The position numbers were made by a program, and so were the translations under genes. Under the pieces are notes generated by a model. The model worked only from the letters and a program-made list of their open reading frames with translations. It did not search any database and was not told the origin of the DNA. DNA of 64,000 nucleotides from Parcubacteria group bacterium GW2011_GWC1_36_108 (GTDB taxonomy: Bacteria; Patescibacteriota; Minisyncoccia; Moranbacterales; GWC2-37-73): the NCBI GenBank assembly GCA_000991245.1, contig LBRD01000003.1, forward strand, positions 6,734-70,733, given 5' to 3'. This document shows positions 17,400-26,842 of this stretch, in pieces; position 1 is the stretch's first letter; each line of letters begins with the position of its first letter.

Positions 17400-18926
17400 A
17401 TGAAAAAGACATTTCTTATCTTGTTTGCCATCATAATTCTGGGTGCTTTTTTGCGCTTTTATAAATTGGGAGAACTTTCTTTTGTGGCGGATGAATTTTT
17501 GGATATGAATTCTTCCTATGCTTATGCTCAAACTGGAACTTGGCAATCCTGGGATTTTAATCGTGGAGTTGTTAATGTGGAAAATGAATTTGCACCGCGC
17601 GATGAAAGAGCATGGCCATATAAGATTCAAGTTGCCAAACTGTTTGGTTTTTTTGCTCCGACTGAAGAGGTGGCAAGGAGTATTAGTGCGGTGTGGGGAA
17701 TCTTGAGTATTATCCTAATTTTTTTCGTGGCAAAATATTTTACTAGGAAAAATTCAATCGGACTTCTCAGTGCATTTTTGTTTGCAATAAGTGTCAGCGG
17801 AATCATTTTTGACAGACGTCTTCGAATGTATGCAATGTTCTTCCCATTTTTTCTGCTTTTCTCTTGGTTGACGTATAAATTTTTTGAGGAATCTTATGGA
17901 GGCAAGCTCAGGGTTTTTAAATATGTAAATGAAAAAATAGGTGTAAATTTGAAATATATCCTGCCAATGCTTCTGTCAGGATCGATGAGTCTGAAGATTC
18001 ATGATTTGACGGTCAGTATGGTTGCTATCTTTACTACATATGTCTTTATTATGACAACCAAGACTTTCTTGGAAAAAAAGACATTCATTTGGAATAAATA
18101 TTCTGTGACATTAAGCGTTGTCTTGGTCGCTGCTGCAGGAATTTTTACTTTTGCATCTGAAAAGATTGGAATGTATGCAGCTGGTATAAAATTTTTCAAC
18201 GACAATTTTAGTTATTTTTCAATAGTTACTTCGGACTATAGCCATCCATTGTTGGCACTTTTGTTTTTTGTTGCCGGTATTTATTATCTGGCGGTGCATA
18301 AAAAACTTTCCAAGGAGGGAATATGGCTGGCAGTTTCTTTTTTGGTTCCGCTTTTAATGGCAGTATTTTTGTGGAGGAGAAATGCGGGCGCCCAATATAT
18401 TTTCTTTGCTCAGTCTTTTGCTATTATCTTGATTGCATCTGGTGTTTACGGTGCAGCAAAATTTTTCAAAAATAATCTCGAGACTTTTTCTGCAAAAAAA
18501 GTATATTTCGTGACCATTGCCTTATCTCTGATGCTTTTGCCAAACTACGCATATTTTTTTCAGGAGAACAACGCTTACAGCCAGACTTCAGCAGCTGAAA
18601 ATCCGAATTATCGAAGCATCTTCACATATTTCAAGAAGAAAAAAATCGATGGCGATGTTCTGATAACAAGAAATTTTCGAAACTATTATTGGAGTGGACA
18701 AAATGTGAAAGTGATTGACTTTGGTGGGGAATTGGCTGAAGAAAAATTTTCATTAGCCCAACTTACAAATGTCGTGAATGAAAATAAGACAGGTTGGGTA
18801 ATTCTTTCCGACAATGATGACCGCTACATTTCAAATGAGGCTTCTGTTTATATGCAAGAAAATATGACCAAGATAAATGATATTGCAGTGCGAGGAAACG
18901 TGCTGGTTTACAGATGGGGGATGTAA
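17400..18926 (+). CDS. GT-C family membrane glycosyltransferase (GT39/GT83-like)
   Basis: Start moved to MKKTFLILFAIIILGAFLRFYKLGE. Polytopic. Confidence 0.7.
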   Translation: MKKTFLILFAIIILGAFLRFYKLGELSFVADEFLDMNSSYAYAQTGTWQSWDFNRGVVNVENEFAPRDERAWPYKIQVAKLFGFFAPTEEVARSISAVWGILSIILIFFVAKYFTRKNSIGLLSAFLFAISVSGIIFDRRLRMYAMFFPFFLLFSWLTYKFFEESYGGKLRVFKYVNEKIGVNLKYILPMLLSGSMSLKIHDLTVSMVAIFTTYVFIMTTKTFLEKKTFIWNKYSVTLSVVLVAAAGIFTFASEKIGMYAAGIKFFNDNFSYFSIVTSDYSHPLLALLFFVAGIYYLAVHKKLSKEGIWLAVSFLVPLLMAVFLWRRNAGAQYIFFAQSFAIILIASGVYGAAKFFKNNLETFSAKKVYFVTIALSLMLLPNYAYFFQENNAYSQTSAAENPNYRSIFTYFKKKKIDGDVLITRNFRNYYWSGQNVKVIDFGGELAEEKFSLAQLTNVVNENKTGWVILSDNDDRYISNEASVYMQENMTKINDIAVRGNVLVYRWGM

Positions 18927-18980
18927 AACAAACAACAATCAACTTACAACAAACAACAAGAATTCATACTATTGGATAAC

Positions 18981-19008
18981 AAAAAAGACTCTTCACGAGT
19001 CTTTTTTT
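18981..19008. terminator. bidirectional terminator hairpin
   Basis: AAAAAAGACTC-ttcac-GAGTCTTTTTTT between convergent genes. Confidence 0.6.
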
Positions 19009-19053
19009 GGAATGCATTTTTTGCTATATGCTATATGCTATATGTTTTATGAT

Positions 19054-20583
19054 CTATGCGCTTGGTTCGTTACCAGAAAGTTCTTCTTGAATCTCAGTTT
19101 TCTTTTTCTTGGAGATGATGCTTTTTAAATATTCAAAATCTGTCAGCGTGATTTCTTTCAGCAAGATAAGGATAAAAATATAAAGGGAGAGCAGTGCGAC
19201 AGACCAGATTAGGAAGATGAAAGTTCCTTGAGAGAAAAATAGGGAAGCGAAATACATAATAATTCCTGCAAAAATCATTTTGAGCAAGCTTTTAATTTTA
19301 ATCAAAGTTCCGAAATCTTTTTGAATGTAATACAAGATTGCGAGCATTACCACAAAAGAAGTGATTGATGTTGCAATGGCGCTGCCAGCAAGAGCATATT
19401 TTTTGATCAAAATCACATTGAGGACGGTGTTGAGAATGACACCGAAGATTGAAATCCACATTGGAATTTTTGTTTTGCCGGCGCCGTTAGCCACAAAGCT
19501 CATCACATAAAAAATAGTGAGAAATCCCACACCATATGCCAAGATCGACATTGGATATGCTGCATCAAGATACTCAGCGGAATAAAAAAGTTTGATGATT
19601 GGAGCAGAAAATTGTGCCATCAAAATTACAGCTGGAATCAAGAAGATTAACATTAGTCGCAGGGAATGTTGAATGATCTGGTTGGTTTTGGCGCTGTCGT
19701 TTTCAGAAGTGCTTTTTGAAACCACTGGCAAAAGCATTATCGTGAGCGCATAAAAAATGTAATATGGGATGCGTCCAACAGTTAGAGCAGCGTTATAGAT
19801 TCCAGTTAGATGATCATTGTGCAAGATGCCTTTTACGAGGTACAAATCAATGCTGATAAGAAGCTCGTAGGCCAAAAAGAATAATATAACCTGCCAAGCG
19901 TAGTTAAGCAGTTTTTTGGTCTCAAATTCACTCTGTAGGCTCAAATTTTGCACCTTGGCGGCCTTTTTAATTTCTTTGGTATATTTGAGCTGATCAAGAG
20001 AAAAGGCAATTATAAAGACGCTTAATGCGGCTAGGGCATATCCCACAATCGATCCTGGCACTCCAAAAGCGTATGCAAGCCCTACGATTGCCACTACCTT
20101 CAAGATAGAGCGCAGGGTTTTGAGGATTGATTGGACATTGAACTTATGCAGGGCTGTATAGAAGGAAAAATAGAAAGAGGCCGCGGCAAAAGTAGGGATT
20201 ATGAGTGTTGAAATGCGAAATAGTGGCGTAAGCGTCTCATCTCCTAATGCTCTACTTATAAGTGGGGCACAAAAAAAGAAAATGACAGTGATTGATCCAA
20301 TAAGAAGAGATTGCAAAATAAGTGCTTTTCTTTTGATAACCAGCACTAGGCGCGGGTTGGTTTCAAAAATCTCGCTGATATATTTTGCCATCGCAGTCGG
20401 AATGCCATTGCCGATCAAAATAATGATCATTGTAGTCATTGTCACAACCAAACCATAGCGACCATAATCTGCCGGTCCCAAAATGCGCCCAACAAAAGAA
20501 TGGATGATATATCCGGAAAGATTGAAGATTATTTCACTGGCAATAAGCCACATTGTTGATTTTGCGAGATTTTTTGAGGTCAT
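19054..20583 (-). CDS. polysaccharide flippase (Wzx / MOP superfamily)
   Basis: 509 aa, about 14 TM segments, typical flippase N-terminus. Confidence 0.8.
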   Translation of the reverse strand: MTSKNLAKSTMWLIASEIIFNLSGYIIHSFVGRILGPADYGRYGLVVTMTTMIIILIGNGIPTAMAKYISEIFETNPRLVLVIKRKALILQSLLIGSITVIFFFCAPLISRALGDETLTPLFRISTLIIPTFAAASFYFSFYTALHKFNVQSILKTLRSILKVVAIVGLAYAFGVPGSIVGYALAALSVFIIAFSLDQLKYTKEIKKAAKVQNLSLQSEFETKKLLNYAWQVILFFLAYELLISIDLYLVKGILHNDHLTGIYNAALTVGRIPYYIFYALTIMLLPVVSKSTSENDSAKTNQIIQHSLRLMLIFLIPAVILMAQFSAPIIKLFYSAEYLDAAYPMSILAYGVGFLTIFYVMSFVANGAGKTKIPMWISIFGVILNTVLNVILIKKYALAGSAIATSITSFVVMLAILYYIQKDFGTLIKIKSLLKMIFAGIIMYFASLFFSQGTFIFLIWSVALLSLYIFILILLKEITLTDFEYLKSIISKKKKTEIQEELSGNEPSA

Positions 20584-20589
20584 CGAAGA

Positions 20590-20717
20590 TGAAAAATTTT
20601 AAATGTCAAAATTAAAATTTCAAATAAATGACTAAATATTTAATTTATTAAAAAATATTTTTATCATTAAGGAATTTGAAATTTATTTGATATTTGTAAT
20701 TTTTAATTTGAAATTAT
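20590..20717. repeat. palindromic AT-rich word array related to 414-499
   Basis: The reverse complement of about 20675-20717 is nearly identical to 414-448. Confidence 0.65.
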
Positions 20718-21305
20718 TTATGCTATCTGGGATTTTATAATGCTAAATATTTCTTCTTTATCTTTATTGCCGTCTACTATTTTTAAATTCCAGACAGTTG
20801 CTGCTTGGTCGAGAAGCGCTTTTTTCTTGTTTAAATATTCCAATCCTTGATCTGGCACGCGGTCACGTTGCATTATTTTTTCTGGAGAGGTGTTGAGATA
20901 AAAAGCAAAATCGGGAGTAGGAATTAGGTGGTAGGAATTAGGTGGTAGGGGGGAATTTTGAAGGTATAAAATATTAATAATGTTGTCGTAGAAATAGCGG
21001 TCGGAAAGAATGTAGTCGTAGCCGGAGTTACGTAGCTTGTTACGTAGCAAAACAAAACGCAGCAGGTCAATGTGCAGCGCAACTTTGCGCAGTTGGATTT
21101 GCAGCCAACCAGCCTTTGTTACACTTTTTGTTTCCTGTTGACCGTTGATTGTTGATTGTTGATTGTTAAGAACATTGGCGATTGAAAACTGGACAGCGTG
21201 AAAATAAAAAACTTTCTTGCCTTGTGATTCAAGATAATTTTTCAATAAATTTATTTGGGTCGATTTGCCGCTGCCGTCTAAACCTGAGATTGAAATTATT
21301 TTCAC
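20718..21305 (-). CDS. thymidylate-kinase-like nucleotide kinase carrying two in-frame tandem-repeat insertions
   Basis: GTG start. P-loop GLDGSGKST and an LSDRYFYD (DRY) motif. Repeats at 20917-20953 and 21144-21167. Confidence 0.6.
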   Translation of the reverse strand: MKIISISGLDGSGKSTQINLLKNYLESQGKKVFYFHAVQFSIANVLNNQQSTINGQQETKSVTKAGWLQIQLRKVALHIDLLRFVLLRNKLRNSGYDYILSDRYFYDNIINILYLQNSPLPPNSYHLIPTPDFAFYLNTSPEKIMQRDRVPDQGLEYLNKKKALLDQAATVWNLKIVDGNKDKEEIFSIIKSQIA

Positions 21306-21306
21306 A

Positions 21307-21389
21307 AAAGTTTATAAGGTTCATAAAGTTCTTAAGGTTCATAAAGTGTTTTTGTATTTACTTTATAAACTTTATAACTTTATAACTTT
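21307..21389. repeat. palindromic 9-bp-period array with loop GTTTTTGTATTT
   Basis: Forward words 21307-21346, inverted words 21360-21389. Confidence 0.75.
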
Positions 21390-21396
21390 TTACTAT

Positions 21397-22896
21397 TTAG
21401 TACATTATTACTGCCACTGGTTGCATTTTGGCGACAATATGTGCGACGCCGTTGGCTTCAACTCCTTTGATCACTTCATCAATATTTTTATATTTGGCGC
21501 TGTCTTGGTTGATGACGATTGAGGACTGGGCATTGTAAAGTCTAACACCTTTTTCTTCCATTTTGGCAAAAAGTTCTTCCTTGTTGGAAATGCTTTTTTC
21601 GTTGTTGTTTTTTCCTTTGCCGGTTCCGTGTGGTGCAGAATAAAAACTTTGATCGTTTCTGTCAGTGCCGACACAGATGTATGCATCAGTGCTCATTGAA
21701 GAGGGGATAAATGCTGGTTCTCCTGTTTCTTTATAAATCGGATGGTGCGACATTTTTGCAGGACCAAAGGCGCGCGAAGTGTTGGAACGATGAATCATCA
21801 CATCTTTTCCGAAATGCTCCTCCTTGGTGATGGAAATGTGCGGCAGGTCATAAATTAAATCCATTTCAGGGTCGCGGCCGAGAATTTTTTTGATAGCCTG
21901 CGAAATGTTGTGCGTGATGACAGCTCGGTTGGCTGTTCCAAAATTGCTTGCAGCTGCTCGGGCGTTCATATACATTTCGCCATCTTCTCCGTTGGCATCA
22001 TATTTCAAAAGCGAATCATCTTTGGTCATATGCAGCTTTATTTTTTTCTGCATCTTTTTGTAAACATCTTTTTTGCGAGAACTGAATGTGAGGCGACCAA
22101 GCGCAACCATAAGAGCTTGCGAAAGATGTTCAGCTTTTTTGGCTGTGTGAGTATACATTGTGTATTGGCCAAGAATGCCACTTCCGGTGTGAATCATAAA
22201 AAGATATTGGCCCTTTTTAATTCCAAATTTTTCTGCCATCTCAGCATCAACAATGTCTCCAACTTTCATTAAGTCAAGAAAGTGATTGCCAGCAGCGCCA
22301 AGAACTCCCAATCGATATTTCGCAAAGTTTAAATATAGTTTCGGGATGACATCAAAAATATCTTGTCGGGTCATTTCTTTTTCAAAAAAACTTCCTCCAC
22401 TCTGGGTGTTTTCCAATTCATTTTTGGTGGTAATTCCAAGATGTTTGATGATGGCCTTTGTGCCTTGACGGCAGATGTCCACCACGACATTGAAGGGAAC
22501 TTTTGTGCCGACAAATTTCTTGGTGGGAACAACCGAAACTAATTCTTGAAATAGCTTATGAATTTCTTCCGGCGAAATGTTTTCATCGCTAAGATTTGTT
22601 TTGACAAGTCGCATTCCGCAATTAGGATCAGAGTCATTAACTTGCGGGAGAATATATTTTTCACTGGCGATTGTTGTGCCAGCAGCATTTTTTCTTCCTG
22701 GCTTGGAACAAACATCTGGCATAGCGACGGTGCTTCTAAAAAAAGTGTCTTTATTTGAAGCGATGTCTTCCACTTGAGAGAATGTTTCTTCTTCTGGCAA
22801 AAGATTTTGATTCATAAAAAAAAGTGCCGGCACAGACATTTTGTCGGTTTTAAATTCTTTTATGTTCTCAGAAAGTGATTTCGTTTCGTATTTCAT
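21397..22896 (-). CDS. rtcB: RtcB-family RNA ligase (divergent)
   Basis: Ordered RtcB-like blocks: MPDV, PNCGMR, GNHFLD, HTGSG, FGTANR, HRSNTSRAFGP, SAPHGTGKG. Confidence 0.7.
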   Translation of the reverse strand: MKYETKSLSENIKEFKTDKMSVPALFFMNQNLLPEEETFSQVEDIASNKDTFFRSTVAMPDVCSKPGRKNAAGTTIASEKYILPQVNDSDPNCGMRLVKTNLSDENISPEEIHKLFQELVSVVPTKKFVGTKVPFNVVVDICRQGTKAIIKHLGITTKNELENTQSGGSFFEKEMTRQDIFDVIPKLYLNFAKYRLGVLGAAGNHFLDLMKVGDIVDAEMAEKFGIKKGQYLFMIHTGSGILGQYTMYTHTAKKAEHLSQALMVALGRLTFSSRKKDVYKKMQKKIKLHMTKDDSLLKYDANGEDGEMYMNARAAASNFGTANRAVITHNISQAIKKILGRDPEMDLIYDLPHISITKEEHFGKDVMIHRSNTSRAFGPAKMSHHPIYKETGEPAFIPSSMSTDAYICVGTDRNDQSFYSAPHGTGKGKNNNEKSISNKEELFAKMEEKGVRLYNAQSSIVINQDSAKYKNIDEVIKGVEANGVAHIVAKMQPVAVIMY

Positions 22897-23136
22897 AATT
22901 TTTTATTGTGTCAGGGTTGAGCTTCTTCAGAATTAAATTTTTTAAAAAATATTCTCGACGCTCCTTATTTTTTATCTGCACCCTCCGGGTATATATTATC
23001 CGGACAAAATCACAGATTTTGAAGGATGATTAAAATTTTCCCTCAATCAACACAATTATAGGAAAATTTTAGAAAAAATAAGGGCTTACTCAATCAAAAA
23101 ATATTTTTAAAAAAATTTATTCTTCAGTCGCTCCTC

Positions 23137-24249
23137 CTAGGATTTTAAAAGGTTGTTATAGACTTCTTGATATCTTTTGGCAACATCTTGAATGTCAAAA
23201 TTTTCCGCTACATAATTTCTTGCTACTGCACCTATTTTGGCACATTTTTCCTTATTTTCAAATAGATCAACAATTGCTGCATTAAGCTGGGACGAATCTT
23301 TAGGATTAATAACAATCGAATTTTCTTGAGAGGTAAATTCTTGCAGGATTGGAAGATTTGAGATTATTACGGGTTTGGCACAGGCCATTGCTTCAATGAC
23401 AGCAAGCGGCACGTCAAATTTTCCTTGCATATTTTGAACTGGAAAAATGACAATGTCAGAAAGGTTATATATTTTTGGCATATCAGAAAAAGTGTCTGTG
23501 AAGACAACTTTCTCCAAAATTCCTTTTTCCTTCAGTGTTGCGATAATTTCATCTTTTTTGCGTGCATCTTTTTCATTTTTTATGCGATTTGCAAAAACAA
23601 ATTTGGCGTTGGGAATTTTTGCAAAAAGCTCCGGCAGGGAAGAGACAATGTCATCAGTCGCGCCCAGGCGAGTGTATTCTCCTGGGTAGGAAATTACAAA
23701 ATCGGATTGCTTGATTTTGAAAATTTCCATTGCGGAGAAATCTTTTGGCTTGGGGAAAAATAATTCAATATCGATACCGGGATAAATTCGCACAACATTT
23801 TTAAAACCAATTTTTTCAAGTTTGTTTTTTGCATAGTCGGAATATGTGATAATCAGGTCAGCAAAAATAATTTTTTTGAAATCTTCATCGGAAAAAAGAT
23901 CTTCGCGCAAAGTGGCGATGGTTTGGATCGTCTTTGTTTGTTTGTTTGTTAAAAAAGTTTTGAAAGCCCAGGTGTTGAGTTTGTTGGGCGTGAGCATAAA
24001 GTGGGCGATGTCAAAATTTTTGATCATCGGTGCAATTTTTAGTAGTCGCAAACGCTCGCTCCAATCCAAGTGATTTTTTGAATAAATTGGAATTTGACTT
24101 ATTTTTTCCGGAAAGTCGCTGATAATTTTTGGAGTTAGCAAGCTAAAATCAAAACCGTCAACGCTTTTGGCGAGATAGTATGCGAAATTTTTGGATGCTT
24201 CATCCCACGGTGGAGCGATGGGGCGGGTAATTAGCAGAATTTTTTTCAT
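23137..24249 (-). CDS. GT4 glycosyltransferase
   Basis: 370 aa. C-terminal FPVQNMQGKFDVPLAVIEAMACAKPVIISN. Confidence 0.8.
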   Translation of the reverse strand: MKKILLITRPIAPPWDEASKNFAYYLAKSVDGFDFSLLTPKIISDFPEKISQIPIYSKNHLDWSERLRLLKIAPMIKNFDIAHFMLTPNKLNTWAFKTFLTNKQTKTIQTIATLREDLFSDEDFKKIIFADLIITYSDYAKNKLEKIGFKNVVRIYPGIDIELFFPKPKDFSAMEIFKIKQSDFVISYPGEYTRLGATDDIVSSLPELFAKIPNAKFVFANRIKNEKDARKKDEIIATLKEKGILEKVVFTDTFSDMPKIYNLSDIVIFPVQNMQGKFDVPLAVIEAMACAKPVIISNLPILQEFTSQENSIVINPKDSSQLNAAIVDLFENKEKCAKIGAVARNYVAENFDIQDVAKRYQEVYNNLLKS

Positions 24250-24259
24250 AAATAGTGTT

Positions 24260-24346
24260 TGTCATTCCGGACTTGATCCGGAATCCCGAGTTTTAGCTTA
24301 TAAGCCGTTCTGCTGCGAGAGATCCTGAAACAAGTTCAGGATGACA
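24260..24346. mobile_element. MITE-like hairpin element, family A copy 2
   Basis: GTCATTCCGGACTTGATCCGGAATCC...GATCCTGAAACAAGTTCAGGATGAC. Confidence 0.7.
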
Positions 24347-24356
24347 CAATATAAAA

Positions 24357-24710
24357 TTACAAACTCTTATATATTTCCTTAGTGTTTCCGTCACTTGTAA
24401 TAATCACGGTGATTTTTTTGTTTGTGATTCCATCAGAGGAAACGGGAATTGTTTTTTTTGCTCCGTTTGTAATCACGCTGTTGCCTTGGGTGACGCTGTC
24501 CTTGTCTGCCAAAATTTCCCAGTGAAAATTTGTACTGAGTGAATGATTTTCAATGGTAAAATTCAATGATTTGTCTTTAGGGTTTTCAAAATAAATCATC
24601 CACACATTTTTAGTGTTGATGTCTGCTTGTTTTCTTTCAACAAATGACAAAAAAACAAAACTTGTCAGGAGAAAAAAACTTGTTGCTAGGATGATGAGTT
24701 TATTGTTCAT
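24357..24710 (-). CDS. small membrane-anchored hypothetical protein
   Basis: N-terminal TM segment LIILATSFFLLTSFVFLSFV. Confidence 0.5.
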   Translation of the reverse strand: MNNKLIILATSFFLLTSFVFLSFVERKQADINTKNVWMIYFENPKDKSLNFTIENHSLSTNFHWEILADKDSVTQGNSVITNGAKKTIPVSSDGITNKKITVIITSDGNTKEIYKSL

Positions 24711-24724
24711 GTATGTGTAGTTGT

Positions 24725-24841
24725 TGTCATCCTGAGCGAAATTGAGACTGATAAGTCGAAATGTAGTCGAAGGATCTGAGCCCAGATTTCTCGACTGCGC
24801 TAATCTTCCCCATGGTTAGATTAGCTTCGCTCGAAATGACA
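24725..24841. mobile_element. MITE-like hairpin element, family A-related copy 3 (117 bp)
   Basis: TGTCATCCTGAGCGAA...TTCGCTCGAAATGACA, with internal hairpin GCTAATCT-N11-AGATTAGC. Confidence 0.65.
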
Positions 24842-24850
24842 TAGTGATGT

Positions 24851-26782
24851 TTAATTTGCTTTATAAAATATGCCAATGTCGTCGGCTGAGTAGACTTGCC
24901 AAAATTCTTTTAGACGAGAAAATTGCGAGCTGTCTATTTTTGGGTTTATCATAATGAAATCAGTGCCAGTGCCGTCGTAACATTGTTTGGCTTCTTTTGC
25001 GGTTGGGGTGGATATCATAAAATTGGTACACTGTTCACGTGGTTTTGTTTCATCTTCATATCGCTTGAAATATCCTCTTGAAAGGGGATAGCTGTAGCCG
25101 CGCATTGTGAAAAGTTTGATCCAAGAATCACCAGCGAGATAGTTGTGATCTTTGAGAATCATATCTTTGGCATCGCTGCGTTTGGTAATATATTCGGAAG
25201 CATTATACGTTTGCAAGGCTTTATTGGCGCTGCTAGCATCATTAAGAGCAAGGGCGTTGTCATAAAGTCCGCTTGTTGCAATGAATGATAAGAAAATAAA
25301 AAAAGTGGCCAATAGAAAAATCGGGTTGAGATAATTTTTTCCTTCTGATTTGAGTGCGGTTAAAATTTTTATCAGTGCATATGCTGCAATGATGGTTATT
25401 GGAAATACAATATAACTGGCGACGCGATTGGAAGGAATGTCCACAAAGAGCCAATTGGGACGAAGCGACATAATGGTCAGTGCGACAATCCATCCAATTA
25501 AAAAAGCTTGATTGTATTTTCCCAAACTGCGAGCAAAAAATAATATTACAATTCCGAGAAGTGCAAATGCAAAACGTGCTTCGCCAGCTGTTGACTTGAA
25601 TTGGTCAAATGTAAGTCCAGTGCGGGTGGCCTTGCTTGGCGCGCCAACTGCAGTGTCGATGGCTGTAGTGTTTAGATAGGTTGGGGTATATAAGAAGAAA
25701 ATAAAAATAATTCCTGCCGTAAGCACACCCAAAACCCAAGGAGAAATTATTAATTTCATCCATCCTTTTGCATCTTGTAAGAGTGTTTTGGGGTTGATTA
25801 TTGCATATGCAATGATTGTGAAAAAGAAAATAAATGCAAAAACAAAAGTGCTGAGATGATGCGTATATGCCAATCCAAAACTTAAAAATAGTGCGTAGGC
25901 AAGAATCTTTGATTTTTTTTCAATAAGCGCTTTCAAAAAAAGTAAGATAATCAAGGGTATTAAAAGGTTGCCAATATTATTTCCAATAACTCCACCGCTG
26001 GCGAATTTTGCTTGAGGCGAAGCAATTGCCCAAAGAGGACCAACGAGAAAAAGGGTCGCAGTAGCAATGGCGTTTTGGTGTTTTGAATTTTTAAACAGAG
26101 CTTGAGTGAGAACAAAAATAGCCAAAACAGACATAAGATGAATCAAAAATAGCGTGATGGCAGGGAATGCAGAAATGACACTGGCGCTTGAGATTATTGC
26201 AATGGCTGCAAATGGCAAGTGTTCGCCAATAATAAAATCAGCAATAGGCGACGGTTCTTCCAATGTGAAATCTTCTTGAATTTCAACCTTTTCATATTTT
26301 GGCAGTTCTCCAGTGACGGCAATAACTTTCGTCCAATACATATGATGTCCAAGATCAGTCGAGGTTGGGAAAATAGCATCTTTGAAATAAATTGTTTTGA
26401 TAAAGATTGTCAAAAGTAAAAGAGTGATGACCAAAATTGTGGAATGTTTTTTTATTCTTGATGATGAAATTGCTGGGGCTGGAATCGAAGGTTCGCTGTT
26501 GTTTTTTTTGTTAAAAATAAAATAAACGGTAAGGCAAATAACACTAAAAAGAACGATTCCACCCACGATGCTATTTCGAGTGATGCCAAGAGGGGATTTG
26601 CCAAGTATGATTACAAGAAAATCAATCAAGGCTATGCTGCTTCCAAATGACAAAACGAACAATTCCAACAGTGAAAATTCCTTGTGCATTCTTGTGCCCA
26701 GAATCAGAAAAAACCCAGGGACAAAAAGCACCAGGATTAGTGTTAAATAAAGTATTGTTTGTGAGAAGATGAAATCGAACAT
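24851..26782 (-). CDS. polytopic membrane protein, function unknown (glycan-assembly context)
   Basis: 643 aa, more than 12 hydrophobic segments. Confidence 0.55.
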   Translation of the reverse strand: MFDFIFSQTILYLTLILVLFVPGFFLILGTRMHKEFSLLELFVLSFGSSIALIDFLVIILGKSPLGITRNSIVGGIVLFSVICLTVYFIFNKKNNSEPSIPAPAISSSRIKKHSTILVITLLLLTIFIKTIYFKDAIFPTSTDLGHHMYWTKVIAVTGELPKYEKVEIQEDFTLEEPSPIADFIIGEHLPFAAIAIISSASVISAFPAITLFLIHLMSVLAIFVLTQALFKNSKHQNAIATATLFLVGPLWAIASPQAKFASGGVIGNNIGNLLIPLIILLFLKALIEKKSKILAYALFLSFGLAYTHHLSTFVFAFIFFFTIIAYAIINPKTLLQDAKGWMKLIISPWVLGVLTAGIIFIFFLYTPTYLNTTAIDTAVGAPSKATRTGLTFDQFKSTAGEARFAFALLGIVILFFARSLGKYNQAFLIGWIVALTIMSLRPNWLFVDIPSNRVASYIVFPITIIAAYALIKILTALKSEGKNYLNPIFLLATFFIFLSFIATSGLYDNALALNDASSANKALQTYNASEYITKRSDAKDMILKDHNYLAGDSWIKLFTMRGYSYPLSRGYFKRYEDETKPREQCTNFMISTPTAKEAKQCYDGTGTDFIMINPKIDSSQFSRLKEFWQVYSADDIGIFYKAN

Positions 26783-26842
26783 TGTTGAAATAATTTTAAG
26801 TTTTAAGTTTTAAATTTAAAATTGAACCATCGTCCTCTGTGC

